From Octopus sinensis (Eukaryota): a stretch of 64,000 bases of DNA. Of the stretch, positions 1 through 12,481 are shown piece after piece (position 1 is the stretch's first letter; each line of letters opens with the position of its first letter). The notes beneath the pieces are model-generated. The model had not been told where the DNA came from. It searched no databases and saw only the letters and a list, made by a program, of their open reading frames with translations. The stretch lies in the NCBI RefSeq assembly GCF_006345805.1, contig NC_043009.1, forward strand, positions 53,010,001 to 53,074,000, in the 5' to 3' direction. Position numbers and translations under genes: made by a program.

Positions 1-77
1 AGTGTCTTCTACTATAGCCTCGGGCCGACCAAAGCCTTGTGAGTGGATTTGTTGACGGAAACGGAAAGAAGCACGTC

Positions 78-150
<73 letters not shown>

Positions 151-320
151 TGTCTGTGTGTGTGTTTGTGTGTGTGTGTATTGTATACGTTGTGTGCTTG
201 TGTTTGTCCCCCAACATCGCTTGACAACTGATGCTGGTGTGCTTACGTCCCGTAACTTAGCGGTTCGGTAAAAGAGACCTATAGAATAAGTACTAGGCTT
301 AGAAAGAAAAAGTCCTGGGG
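1..320 (+). mobile_element. tRNA-derived SINE body with internal (AT)n/(GT)n, cut by window start and 3'-truncated
   Basis: Same two-part body (…gggccgaccaaagccttgtgagtggattt… / …gtttgtcccccaacatcgcttgacaac…gtcctggggtcgattt) as copies at 44348-44741 and 60745-63385. Confidence 0.85.
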
Positions 321-326
321 TCGATT

Positions 327-368
<42 letters not shown>

Positions 369-380
369 TATATTAGAAGG

Positions 381-431
381 AGCTTCTACAGGACTAGAAC
401 TGTTTCATTCAAGAGAAATCTTCAGGAAGCT
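381..431 (-). ncRNA. Type I hammerhead ribozyme (group E, copy 1)
   Basis: Reverse complement of 5499-5549: AGCTTC-CTGAAGA-tTTCtcttGAAt-GAAACAG-ttctagtc-CTGTA-GAAGCT. Confidence 0.75.
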
Positions 432-793
432 GTTAACAAGAATTGTATTGGCATTTATACATTTAGGCAGGTTTATAGGGGTGGTGGTGGGGACTTTTTT
501 GGGTAGGCATAGCGCAAAATATCATACTTGGGGAGTGGTCAAGGAGTCGTGGTAAATTAGATAAAAGAATAAATAAAAGAATAAAAAAATATATAAAAGA
601 ATAGAGTTTTAGGTAAATAAGGAGATTCTCACTTATACCTATACACATATGTATACATATATATACACACACACACACATATACATACACAAATACATAC
701 ACACACACACATATATATGTATATACACATACATACACATACATATATCTACACACATACATACATATATATATATATCTATATATATATATA

Positions 794-835
<42 letters not shown>

Positions 836-1655
836 TATACATGCATACACATATACACACACACATGTATATATACACACACGACCACGCATACATATAC
901 ACACAAAAAAAATATATATACATACACACACATACACATACACGCATACACACACATATCCACATACACACATGCACGCATAACACACAAGTCCCTATAT
1001 ACACACATACACACATATATACATATATATACATATATACATATATACATATGTGTACCTATACATACCTACACATACACACATATACATAAATAACAGA
1101 CCTATTCCCTATTTTAATTTTATTATCTTCATTTATTACTTTTGTTATCTTTGACCTGGTCACAAGCATCTGGCTATGACAGCAAGTCCACTTATCTTTC
1201 TACTTGAAAACAACACTCATTCACGCACGCACACTCATTAGCACGCACACTCACTCTTTCGTACACTCATACACATACACGCACGCACGCGTTTATATTC
1301 ATACATACATCCATCTACATACATTCACGTATATACACATACGTACGCGTACCTACAGATTCATGTCTACATTCTTAGAAGGCTAGTCTATACATATACA
1401 CCAATAAATATATATACACACATACATATACACCTACATACAAATACATACATATATATATATACAATACATATATAACACATTATATATATGTTATATA
1501 CATATACATACATACACATATACACGTACACATACATACATACATACATCCATACATACATATATACACATACACACACCCACACGTATACATATACATA
1601 CATATATATACGCGCATGCATACACATACAAATACATACACATACACATATACAT

Positions 1656-1700
<45 letters not shown>

Positions 1701-1999
1701 CATACATATACAAACATACATATACAAATATACACACACACATACATACACATATACACATACACGCACATACACATGTACATGCGTACCCATACACACA
1801 CACACACGCGCGCATCCATATATACACACAAGTACACACATGCGTAAAAGTATACATATATCTATGCTTACACATACACACACACACACGCTCCTCCTTA
1901 TATTCATACTTACATGCATACTCAAAAAATAAATAATAAATATTAAGTATATGTACGTGCAGTTACCTATTATACAGACGGATACATACGTATAAACTT

Positions 2000-2058
<59 letters not shown>

Positions 2059-2071
2059 TTATTATATAAGG

Positions 2072-2120
2072 AGCTTCTACAGGACTAGAACTGTTCATTC
2101 AAGAGAAATCTTCAGGAGCT
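2072..2120 (-). ncRNA. Hammerhead ribozyme (group E), defective-looking copy
   Basis: Same motif as 5499-5549 but GAAAC reads GAAC and stem I is 1 nt short. Confidence 0.55.
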
Positions 2121-2168
2121 TCTGAAGATTTCTCTTGAATGAAACAGTTCTAGTCCTGTAGAAGCTCC
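2115..2168 (+). ncRNA. Hammerhead ribozyme (group E), copy in hairpin
   Basis: CTGAAGA 2122-2128, GAAACAG 2141-2147, CTGTA 2156-2160; GGAGCTT can pair with AAGCTCC. Confidence 0.65.
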
Positions 2169-2249
2169 TTCTATATAATAAATTAATTTTACTCTGCTAT
2201 GTATTGAGCACCTTATTTACTGTGGTTAACCCCGAATCAACCCGGGACC

Positions 2250-2325
<76 letters not shown>

Positions 2326-2516
2326 ATACATACCTACACATATGTACATATACATACACACATACATAACTACGTACCTACATATACATAAACACACGAG
2401 CGTACACGTATATGTACATATACACATACACATACACACACATATATATACATACATACATATACATACACACATATATACATATATATATATATCTATA
2501 TATATTTTTTTATATA

Positions 2517-2548
<32 letters not shown>

Positions 2549-2572
2549 CATATACATACACACATATCACAT

Positions 2573-2652
<80 letters not shown>

Positions 2653-2922
2653 ATGTTGTTGTGTGTATGTTATATGTATGTATATATGTGTGTATGTGGT
2701 ATATATATATATAAAAAAATATATATAGATATATATATATATATGTATATATGTGTGTATGTATATGTATGTATGTATATATATGTGTGTGTATGTGTAT
2801 GTGTATATGTACATATACGTGTACGCTCGTGTGGTTTATGTATATGTAGGTACGTAGAGTTATGTATGTGTTTATGTTATGTACATATGTGTAGGTATGT
2901 ATATGTATGTGTGTATATATAT

Positions 2923-2972
<50 letters not shown>

Positions 2973-3365
2973 GGTGTGTGTTAAGTTTATATGTATGTAC
3001 CGTCTGTATAATAGGTAACTGCACGTACATATACTTAATATTTATTATTTATTTTTTGAGTATGCATGTATGAATAACTGCGCGTATATATATTTTATTA
3101 CTTATTTTTTGAGTATGCATGTAAGTATGAATATAAGGAGGAGCGTGTGTGTGTGTGTATGTGTAAGCATAGATATATGTATACTTTTACGCATGTGTGT
3201 ACTTATGTGTATATATGGTTGCGCGCGTGTGTGTGTGTGTGTATGGGTACGCATGTACATGTGTATGTGCGTGTATGTGTATATGTGTATGTATGTGTGT
3301 GTGTATATTTGTATATGTATGTTTGTATATGTATGTATGTGTATATATATGTTTGTATATGTATG

Positions 3366-3412
<47 letters not shown>

Positions 3413-3821
3413 ATGTATATGTATTTGTGTATGTGTATGTATTTGTATGTGTATGCATGCGCGTGTAAGCATAGATATATGTATACTTTTACGCATGTGT
3501 GTACTTATGTGTATATATGGATGCACGCGTGTGTGTGTGTGTATGGGTACGCATGTACATGTGTATGTGCGTGTATGTGTATATGTGTATGTATGTGTGT
3601 GTGTATATTTGTATATGTATGTTTGTATATGTATGTATGTGTATATATATAGATATATATATGTATGTATGTATATGTATATGTGTATGTGTATGTATTT
3701 GTATGTGTATGCATGCGCGTATATATATGTATGTATATGTATACGTGTGGGTGTGTGTATGTGTATATATGTATGTATGTGTGTGTGTGTATGTGTAAGC
3801 ACAGCTCTTTAACATCCTCCC

Positions 3822-4075
3822 TAAATGCCTGAGAGACTTACATGGTGTGGATGTGGGTTTCTTTAAAACTAAACTGGATCTCTTCTTGTTGGGAGTCCCA
3901 GATGAACCTACCTCACGACAGGAGACACGGATGCGGGCAGCAGCATCGAACTCCCTTGTTGATCAAGTGCCACGTATCAGAGGTGGATTCACAAACTAGT
4001 GTAGCTCATTCAGTGGTGGTGCCCCAGCATGGCCGCGGCCTTCGGGCTAAAACATTTTTAAGGATTTAAGGATTT
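3822..4075 (+). mobile_element. CR1-clade LINE 3' fragment with (AAGGATTT)n tail
   Basis: Translates as LFNILPKCLRDLHGVDVGFFKTKLDLFLLGVPDEP, matching the RT C-terminus of the LINE at 36870-40485; same ggtgccccagcatggcc 3' UTR motif. Confidence 0.85.
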
Positions 4076-4461
4076 ATATGTATACTTTTACGCATGTGTG
4101 TACTTATGTGTATATATGGATGCGCGCGTGTGTGTGTGTGTATGGGTACGCATGTACATGTGTATGTGCGTGTATGTGTATATGTGTATGTATGTGTGTG
4201 TGTATATTTGTATATGTATGTTTGTATATGTATGTATGTGTATAGATATATATATATATATATTATATATATATATATATGTATTATGTATGTATATGTG
4301 TATGTTATGTTTGTATTGTATGCATGCGCGTATATAGATGTATGTATATGTATACGTGTGGGTGTGTGTATGTGTATATATGTATGTATGTATGGATGTA
4401 TGTATGTATGCGTACGTGTATATGTGTATGTATGTATATGTATATATATATATATATGTGT

Positions 4462-4493
<32 letters not shown>

Positions 4494-5112
4494 GTATGTA
4501 TTTGTATGTAGGTGTATATGTATGTGTGTATATATATTTATTGGTGGTATTGTATAGACTAGCCTCTAAAATGTAGACATGAATCTGTAGGTACGCGTAC
4601 GTATTGTATATACGTGAATGTATGTAGATGTATGTATGTATGAATATAACGCGTGCGTGCGTGTATGTGTTATGAGTGTACGAATGAGTGAGTGTGCGTG
4701 CTAATGAGTGTGCGTGCGTGAATGAGTGCTTGTTTTCAAGTAGAAAGATAAGTGGACTTGCTGTCATAGCCAAGATGCTTGTGACCAGCGGTCAAAGATA
4801 ACAAAAGTAATAAATGAAGATATAAAATTAAAATTAGGGAATGGGTCTGTATTTGTATGTATATGTGTGTATGTGTAGGTTGTATAGTACACATATGTAT
4901 ATATGTATATATGTGTGTATGTGTATATATGTGTATATAGGGGCTTGTGTGTTATGCGTGTCTGTGTGTGTGTGGATATGTGTGTGTATGCGTGTATGTG
5001 TATGTGTGTGTATGTATATATATATTTTTTTGTGTGTATATGTATGCGTGGTCGTGTGTGTAGATATACATGTGTGTGTGATATGTGTATGCATGTATAT
5101 GTGTGTTATATA

Positions 5113-5149
<37 letters not shown>

Positions 5150-5498
5150 TATTATATGTATGTATGTGTGTAGATATATGTATGTGTATGTATGTGTATA
5201 TACATATATATGTGTGTGTGTGTATGTATGTGTGTATGTATATGTGTGTGTGTGTGTGTATATATGTATACATATGTGTATAGGTATAAGTGAGAATCTC
5301 CTTATTTACCTAAAACTCTATTCTTTTATATATTTTTTTATTCTTTTATTTATTCTTTTATCTAATTTACCACTGACTCCTTGACCACTCCCCCAAGTAT
5401 GATATTTTGCGCTATGCCTACCCCCAAAAAGTCCCCCACCACCACCACCCCTTTAAACCTGCCTAAATGTATAAATGCCAATACAATTCTTGTTAACT

Positions 5499-5549
5499 AG
5501 CTTCCTGAAGATTTCTCTTGAATGAAACAGTTCTAGTCCTGTAGAAGCT
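5499..5549 (+). ncRNA. Type I hammerhead ribozyme (group E, best copy)
   Basis: Stem I AGCTTC/GAAGCT; core CTGAAGA 5505-5511; stem II TTC-tctt-GAA closed by U.U; GAAA 5524-5527; stem III ACAG/CTGT; GUA triplet, predicted cut after 5543. Confidence 0.75.
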
Positions 5550-5624
5550 CCTTCTATATAATAAATTATGTTTACTCTGCTATGTATTGAGTACCTTATT
5601 TACTGAGGTTAACCCCGAATCAAC

Positions 5625-6252
5625 TTGATTTTCACTCTCGATAAATTCATCCCCTTTTTGTGTTCCCAGCACTCGGCATCTTAATTTAGGAGCCCTTAAT
5701 TGTATAACTACATGAATAATATTTTTCTATATGAATAATATTTTTGTCTTATGACTAATTCGTCTTTTGTGCTGGGCACCTAGTAGAAATAATATTACTA
5801 CCCTTCTTGTTTATATTCGCATATTACATGATGGATTTATTCGTAAAATTCTTCCCGGCATACCCTATACTGCCGTGTAAGTTTTGCGTCTGCCGCAGAG
5901 ATTTGAAAAGTTAAGATCTGCTATAGTCGGGATCAACACATGGTCCCACATCGCTGCAGACCTCGATTCAATTTAGGCGACTCGCTGACGAAGCTAGCCT
6001 TAGCAAACATATTCTGTGTTTTGTTAGAAAGAAGCAGAAACCGCGGTTCGAGTTGTTAAAGTTATCGGTAAACGTTTTTGATTTTCACTCTCGATAAATT
6101 CATCCCCTTTTTGTGTTCCCAGCACTCGGCATCTTAATTTAGGAGCCCTTAATTGTATAACTACATGAATAATATTTTTCTATATGAATATATTTTTTGT
6201 CTATGACTAATTCGTCTTTTGTGCTAGTAGTAAATATATTACTACCCTTCTT

Positions 6253-6253
<1 letters not shown>
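5625..6253 (+). mobile_element. 453-bp non-coding unit in ~1.4 head-to-tail copies with one hammerhead (retrozyme-like group D)
   Basis: ttgattttcactctcgataaattc… at 5625 and 6078; 3' end runs into (AT)n; HHR at 5976-6057. Confidence 0.7.
5976..6057 (+). ncRNA. Type I hammerhead ribozyme with extended stem II (group D)
   Basis: Stem I GGCGACTCG/CGAGTTGTT; CTGACGA 5985-5991; long stem II (GCT/AGC, TAGCAAA/TTTGTTA, CATA/TGTG); GAAA 6037-6040; palindromic stem III ACCGCGGT; GUU triplet, predicted cut after 6048. Confidence 0.7.
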
Positions 6254-6300
<47 letters not shown>

Positions 6301-6339
6301 TATATATATAATATATATAGTATATATAGTATATATATT

Positions 6340-6720
6340 ATCTATCTATATAAAACTGAAATGCGTTTTTACCGCTTGGATCGCTTTCAATGCCACTACA
6401 TCTCGTCCGATTCACTCCAAAATTTACAGGGACATGTAAAATGAGGTGACGATGCCCGTGGGCTACAATAGAAATCCGTATCTTAAAAGGTGTCGTTGCT
6501 AGGGGCCAAAAACCCACTTTGACAAGTCCACTCCCGTTCTTTTACGTATATGTCTTCCTCACTCACTCACACTATTTCCTCCATTTCCCTCTAACTCCCT
6601 TTCACTATCCCTTTATAAGTTCGTCAGACGGCGTTCTTTTATGTATCTGTCTGCATCCGTAGAGAGAATTATCATCGCCACCACCAACACACGAGCATGA
6701 GAACAAATATTATGAATCAG
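6340..6720 (+). mobile_element. Possible non-autonomous Helitron-like fragment
   Basis: Begins tctatctatataaaa after an (AT)n tract, like the 5' end of the element at 16178-16608; no 3' hairpin-CTAG found. Confidence 0.25.
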
Positions 6721-7344
6721 ATATTTCTTGCGTTCATTTATATGTGTGTGTGTTCTATATATAAATATGTATATATAATGTATATATACAAAGTGTATAT
6801 ATCTGTATTTATGTATATTAAACTTTTTAATACTTTTTGATAGTTATATATATTTTTAAACAAATTATAAATATAATTTAATAATTTTTATTTTAAATTT
6901 AAATAATTTAAATTTTTCAATTTTATATTTTCTATATTTTCTATATTATATTTTTATTTTTATGTTTTTGTTTTTGGCTTTTTACTGTTTCATTTGCCTA
7001 TTAGTGGTTTTATCTCTAATTTAATTTATACATATATATATATATAATTTGTATATATAATGCGTGCACACACACACACACACACACACAACACACACAT
7101 ATATATAATGTGTGCATTATGTGGTCGGTCGGTTCAGCTGAAAATATGCACACCTATGTTAAAAGTGCTGGCAAGTTTGCATGACAACTATTTTTTCCTC
7201 AAATGAAAGGCGTGACCTCTAGGACAAAATTCCTCATCTTATAAAATGTGGCCCCAGTACACCCGAATGAAATCGGATTATATTAACCAAAATGTGAAAA
7301 GGGGTCTAAATGGGGCTGGAAGGGGATTAAAATTTAAAGGAGCG

Positions 7345-7585
7345 GGTGTTTAGGAATTCTCTGTTACATCAAGCTAAAAAATTTGCGTCAATGTGTTGCC
7401 GTCCATGATGAAGAAGTTTTGAATGCTTGCCATGGTGAGTCTACTGTCGTGAGAAAGAATCAATTCAAAACTTGGTGTTTAGGGATTTTCTTTTACATCA
7501 AGTTCAAAATTTTACGCCAGCCGTCAAACTGTCAAAACGATGCTGTCCGTCGTTAACAAATGCCAGCCATGGTGACTCTACAATC
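7345..7585. repeat. Diverged ~128-bp tandem duplication
   Basis: ggtgtttagg…ttacatcaag…gccatggtga(g/c)tctac occurs twice (~7345 and ~7473). Confidence 0.6.
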
Positions 7586-7905
7586 CTCACATTCTATCCC
7601 TTCAAACTTTGGTGTCCAATATTTTATTATTTTTATTCAGCTCGCAAGTTCGTCTGTCTCTTTTAAATGTTAGTGTTTTGCTGTTTGCCTTGAAGCAGAC
7701 CTTTCCGTTGTTGCTGCCTGATATTTATGATTGATCTTTCTAAATATTTTATTTCTCAACTTATTCAAGATCTTTTGTTGTTTATAAATGGGAGAGAGAT
7801 AGATAAAGATAGAGAGTAAGAGTAAGCGAGGGAGAGTCCGAGAGAAAGGAAGAGTAAGAGAGTGGGGAAAGCGAGAGAGAAAGGAGAGAGAAACAAAGAG
7901 GGAGA

Positions 7906-8146
7906 ATCATCATCATCATCGTTTAACGTCCGTTTTCCGTGCTAGCACGGGTTGGACAGTTTGACCGGGGTCTGGGAAGCCAGGAGGCTGCACCAGGCTC
8001 CAGTCTGATCTGGCAGTGTTTCTACAGGTGGATGACCTTCCTAACGCCAACCACTCTGTGAGCGTAGCGGGTGCTTTTTTCGTGCCACCGGCACAGGTGC
8101 CAGGGGGGCTGGCAGCGGCCATGATCGGTTGGTGCTTTTTACGTCT
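7906..8146 (-). mobile_element. SINE / RTE-type retroposon 3' fragment with (GAT)n tail
   Basis: ggttggcgttaggaagg…cggacgttaaacgatgatgatgat on minus strand. Confidence 0.65.
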
Positions 8147-8269
8147 GTGTGTGTGTGTATATATACATGTGCTTGTGTTTTATATTTGGTAGGATGGTGT
8201 GAGCTTATGCGTGCACGTTTGTGTGTGTGTGTGTATGTCTGCGATTAGTATTTGTCAGGGTGTTGTGTG

Positions 8270-8420
8270 TGTGCATGTGTGGGGATGTATTTGCTCGCAT
8301 TGTATGTAAATTGATATAACGCATGCATTGTTCAATTAAATGGAGCCACTTGAAACGGTCGCATTGCATTAATACTTGACATCCTGTTATTTATTTGATT
8401 TTATTCAACCTCGAGCTGTG
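8270..8420 (+). mobile_element. Decayed PLE-tail fragment, homologous to 32040-32110 (minus)
   Basis: Shared gcattgttcaattaaatggag block followed by gaaacggtc. Confidence 0.4.
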
Positions 8421-8483
8421 CAGATAATACTAGACTGACTTGGTGCCTCACTTAAGTACCTAATTCAACTGAATCTTAATTAT

Positions 8484-8530
<47 letters not shown>

Positions 8531-8756
8531 GTTTATTGCGTGTTACTCAAGGATCCGGTGCATAATATCAGTTAAAGCATTTCAAAACTTTTGAAATATT
8601 TTAACTGTGGAAGGTTTACGTAATGGATGCATTTCCTATTAGATATTATACAAACCTGAAACGCGCATATTAAATTATTTCCAAATGTTATTTTTTAGTT
8701 TAACTTCATTACACACAAACAGACACACATGTATATATACACATACACATATAACA

Positions 8757-8820
8757 TATATGAGCAACTTACTCATTTTTAAATACATAGGTATGTAAAA
8801 GTGAGTAAGTTGCTCATATA
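8757..8820. repeat. ~64-bp near-perfect hairpin
   Basis: tatatgagcaacttactcatttt…aaaagtgagtaagttgctcatata with inner tacata/tatgta pairing. Confidence 0.8.
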
Positions 8821-8908
8821 TATATATAAATTAGGATATTTAAATATCGATCTTATCAAGTGGCCAGCATGGGAATAAAAACCTTCAAAGTTAATAATTA
8901 TTATTAAG

Positions 8909-9092
8909 ATTATAATTTAGGGTATCTAAGAGATACCGCCACGCTGGAAATAACAGCAAAAATCTGACTCTAAAGCCACATTAAGTGATCATATAACACC
9001 AGGAGAGAAGACAAAAAAACCAAATATGCTAGCAAAAAATTACTGGATTTGGCTGCTATTTCCAGCGTGGCGGTATCTATCAGATACCCTAA

Positions 9093-9100
<8 letters not shown>
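8909..9100. mobile_element. MITE with ~45-bp TIRs; partial second copy at ~17860-17965
   Basis: attataatttagggtatct…gataccgccacgctggaaata vs tatttccagcgtggcggtatc…agataccctaaattataat. Confidence 0.8.
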
Positions 9101-9164
<64 letters not shown>

Positions 9165-9539
9165 ACTGTTCGTTATGATATGTGGTTTGTTTGATGAATA
9201 TGTTTGAGATATTTATGAACATATGAAACTATTAGTGGCACTTAAAAACATGTATTGTGTCCTTTAGATAATATAAATACCCAAGCTATCTTCATATCAA
9301 TCTCATTTTATTGTGGAACTCAATCTGGCTGATTTCTATCAAAGGTACAAGATTTCATTAATTATAAGACAGTAAACAACTAGATTAGTATTTAATAAAA
9401 TGTCAACTTACCTGCACATGAAATCCATTTGTCCTCTTGGCGAGAGTTTATGCAAGGTGAGATTCGGATTTAATTTCGACAGACAATTCCGATATTCATG
9501 GAGAGCATTCCCCATACAACCATTGATCGATGGTATAAG

Positions 9540-10290
9540 TGGAGAAATAGTAACTGAAATGTATAATGAGTAAATAATTATTTAAGAAATTAGTTGTAAG
9601 TATTTATGCGTTTAGTTATGTAATGTGTGTCTATTTTGAGTCTGTTTGTGCATGAGTATGTGTGGCCAACGATTCGCTCTATTACTTTTAACATCTTAGC
9701 ATTTACAGAACACTGTAGCATTACAATTGTGTGGTAATATTTGCAATAACATGGGTTTAGGTTCGATTCTATTGTGCACCACATTGAATCTATTTCAGTT
9801 GATCAATAAGTTTTGGTTATAGATTTTTTAATCGAAAAGCAAAAACAATCTACTATCAGGAATTGTACACAGAAGCACGTATCCACCTCCACACATTTAT
9901 ACACTAGAGAAAATAAGCAAATTAAAAATAGGATATTTAATTGTTATCTGGAGTTTTGTAGACTGCGGTTATGTCATGCAACTTTGTCGTAAAGACGAGG
10001 AGTAGGGTTCTCAATGATTGTGCCAATTAACTCATTAGTGCTGTACTGTGAATTCGGCCTACAAGGTAGTCAGGAGGAATGCCGACATTCTCAGTCTGTC
10101 AACCAGTCAAGAGAACAAGGATGGCTCAAAATTCAACTGATCAGAATACCTGACGAGATGGCTTTGTTATGTACTTCAGATTATGTAATACATTTATCAA
10201 CAAATAACTAGCAATACAAAGCTATAAAGTGAAACAAGTGTAGTATGTTTCCTACAAAATCTACACACACATATACATACATATCTATCT
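9540..10290. repeat. Diverged dispersed repeat, paralogous to 26700-27480
   Basis: Collinear blocks: atagtaactgaaat, gtgtggtaatatttgcaataac, aatgattgtgccaattaa, gtcaaccagtcaa. Confidence 0.75.
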
Positions 10291-10399
10291 ATCTGGCAGA
10301 GTGTAGATATATGTTTATTTATATGATAGCAGGTACAAATTGCATTCCATAAATTTTCGGACATTTTCAGGAGAGGCATTTATTAATTCCAAAGAAGTA

Positions 10400-10566
10400 G
10401 AAAACTCTAAACCACTTCAATATAAGATCCTCTGACTTCAATGCACATATAGTTCTCCAGTAACTTCGTGAAGGCTCCATGGAATTCCTCTAATGTTAGG
10501 GTATCGAGGACTCTTGTCACAGTCTTCTTCACTTTCGAAATGATTGCCCTTGAGCTCTTCGTTCAG
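10400..10566 (-). mobile_element. mariner transposase C-terminal relic
   Basis: Translates VTRVLDTLTLEEFHGAFTKLLENYMCIEVRGSYIE, a typical mariner C-terminus. Confidence 0.7.
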
Positions 10567-10733
10567 CAAGATCTAGAGTGCAAGGAGAGTGAGGGACAGT
10601 TTTGATGCCAATCTAGTTAATCAGAACGCTCATCAGTGAGCAGCACAACATAGCAAACATAGGGGACAAACTTTGGTTTCTGATTTAGGCATCTCGTGGA
10701 GATAGAGTTAATCGATACGTAAGTCACCGAGTT

Positions 10734-10944
10734 TCATTTTGTAGCTAATCGCAAAAACGTATGATTCGAAACAGCAAGGGAAATGAAGGAGATATTTGGA
10801 AGTGATTTTATACCAGATGAAGAAATACTGTTGATTGATCTGCATGTGTGAGACATTATATTATACCCGTAGTTTTGCATTATTTTAGTAAACTTTTCTG
10901 GACACCTAAAGTCGGCCAGTTTTTCAATTCCCTCTGCCAAAAGT
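10734..10944 (-). CDS. Putative last coding exon of an uncharacterised Cys-rich secreted/cell-surface protein
   Basis: Acceptor tttttatctttcAG; 1 nt completes CC+A (Pro) from the previous exon; reads LLAEGIEKLADFRCPEKF…SSSGIKSLPNISFISLAV…ATK*. Confidence 0.6.
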
Positions 10945-11289
10945 CTGAAAAGATAAAAATATCATCTTGAAGGTTCATTTTAGTTTTCACAAAGCACAAA
11001 AACAATAGGTAACTACATACAATTTGATACCAGAAAATTAGCAATGGATATTTAATGGGTAAATAAGATTACATATTTACAATGGAATTATAAAATTTTC
11101 AGTTTATTCTCCAGATATCACTTCCGGTTTTCATTTTATAAAATATATCACAACTTTGAAAATTGGAAAATTCGATGAGGTATTAAATAAGAGGTGTAGA
11201 ATATGTTTTCAAATACCCCTCACAATCTTTATTTTCTACTTAATATATTTGGGAAAATGATAAATCAACTCTAATCTATCAAAAGCCAA

Positions 11290-11560
11290 ATGTATTTTAA
11301 TGAAAATTGTGTGCACTTTTTCGATAAGCTTTCTTATACGATTTTTCTCTGAATCCGTTTTCAGCTTCGATTTTTACATCAAAGGAAGCTGAAATCATTG
11401 ATATGCCTGTACTAAATGATTCTTATTCATTTTGGATATCACCTGGAAAATGACCGCTTTTAGTGAAGCTATGGTATTCTGAAGATGCCGAATAGTCTCC
11501 CTTTCAGTAGTACTCCAAATGCGATTAAAATCTGACGAGTTCAGAGGCTACAAGTTCAGA
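11290..11560 (-). mobile_element. Tc1/maT-type transposase C-terminal relic
   Basis: PLNSSDFNRIWSTTERE…NTIASLKAVIFQVISKMNKNHL resembles the C-terminus of the 30086-31374 transposase. Confidence 0.6.
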
Positions 11561-11922
11561 TATCGTATGTCAGGATATCGTAATGATATCCTGCCATTCA
11601 TTCTTGGATTATGTAGGCTTTGTGAAATGGTGCTGAGTATTATTGAAACACGTATGGCATTTCACTGCGTACTTCACCCTGGTTTTAACAATTGTCCTTA
11701 GTATCTTAACGTATTCACCAACATAACTTCTACCACCCTTACGATAAGACGTGTACATTTATATCTAACCTACTCCTGAACGCTCAACAAATGTAGAGAA
11801 CGTTTTTCCACGTTCAATGTAGAGACGTTTTTAACTATATATGTACGCTTCTCTTTCTGCGTGCATATTAAGCATCTATCTATCTGTCTGTCTGTCTATC
11901 TGTCTGTCTGTCTGTCTGTCTA

Positions 11923-11953
<31 letters not shown>

Positions 11954-12327
11954 GTCTGTCTGTGTGGGTTTATCGACATGTAGTCCGCATGTTTTCGCAG
12001 GCATATATGAACAAGATATTCGCAGTGACACGTACATCAATATCCACAACGTGGATATTAACATTACAATTGTAATATGAAAATTTTTTTTCAAAAGTAA
12101 CATGTTAATACTTAGCATATAGCATATTTATAACATTTAGCATTTTACAGCATATATTATAGCGTATAGCATATTTATCATACTGCTCAGGAGAGATGGA
12201 AATCAACCCAAGTGAGATCCGATTATAGGGCGTTGAGGTTTGAGTCTAATTGCATTAACACTTTTCCACGTCTATCAATCATCACTGAAGCATCATTAAA
12301 TAATCAAAACAAGTTTTCTCTACATAC

Positions 12328-12481
12328 GGACAATATTTCCTGTTGTATTCTTCTCTTGTAATTATATTTTGTGCCTGCTGCATAAATAAGTTAGTCCCTT
12401 TCTCGAGGAGCTGCTGAAATCCCGATGATGTATTTGTTACTCTAGTATTTTGTATTAAACACGGCATGCCATCAAGTATAT
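12328..12481 (-). CDS. Putative internal exon of the same host gene (154 nt)
   Basis: Acceptor ttatttcAG, donor CC|GTATGT; 2+150+2 nt; reads (D)ILDGMPCLIQNTRVTNTSSGFQQLLEKG…EEYNRKYC(P). Confidence 0.65.

Larger units (their letters stand above)
362..5622. repeat. Nested inverted-repeat complex of a non-coding, microsatellite-rich, hammerhead-bearing element
   Basis: Unique spacers in 362-2010 recur as reverse complements in 2960-5560 (e.g. 463-600 vs 5320-5470; 1910-2010 vs 2960-3070); inner hairpins at 2058-2183 and ~2320-2930; ~350-bp unit repeated about three times in 3060-4500. Confidence 0.85.

Noticed and set aside
12-5384. Dozens of YIYI/HTHT/CVCV ORFs here and throughout the window
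   Set aside because: Translations of (AT)n, (CA)n and (CATA)n microsatellites; no coding signal
6600-6635. CTGACGA…GAAA on the minus strand
   Set aside because: No pairing for stem III or stem I after GAAA
10145-10255. CTGACGA / CTGATGA conserved in both copies of the dispersed repeat (also 27347)
   Set aside because: No consistent stem II-GAAA-stem I arrangement in either copy
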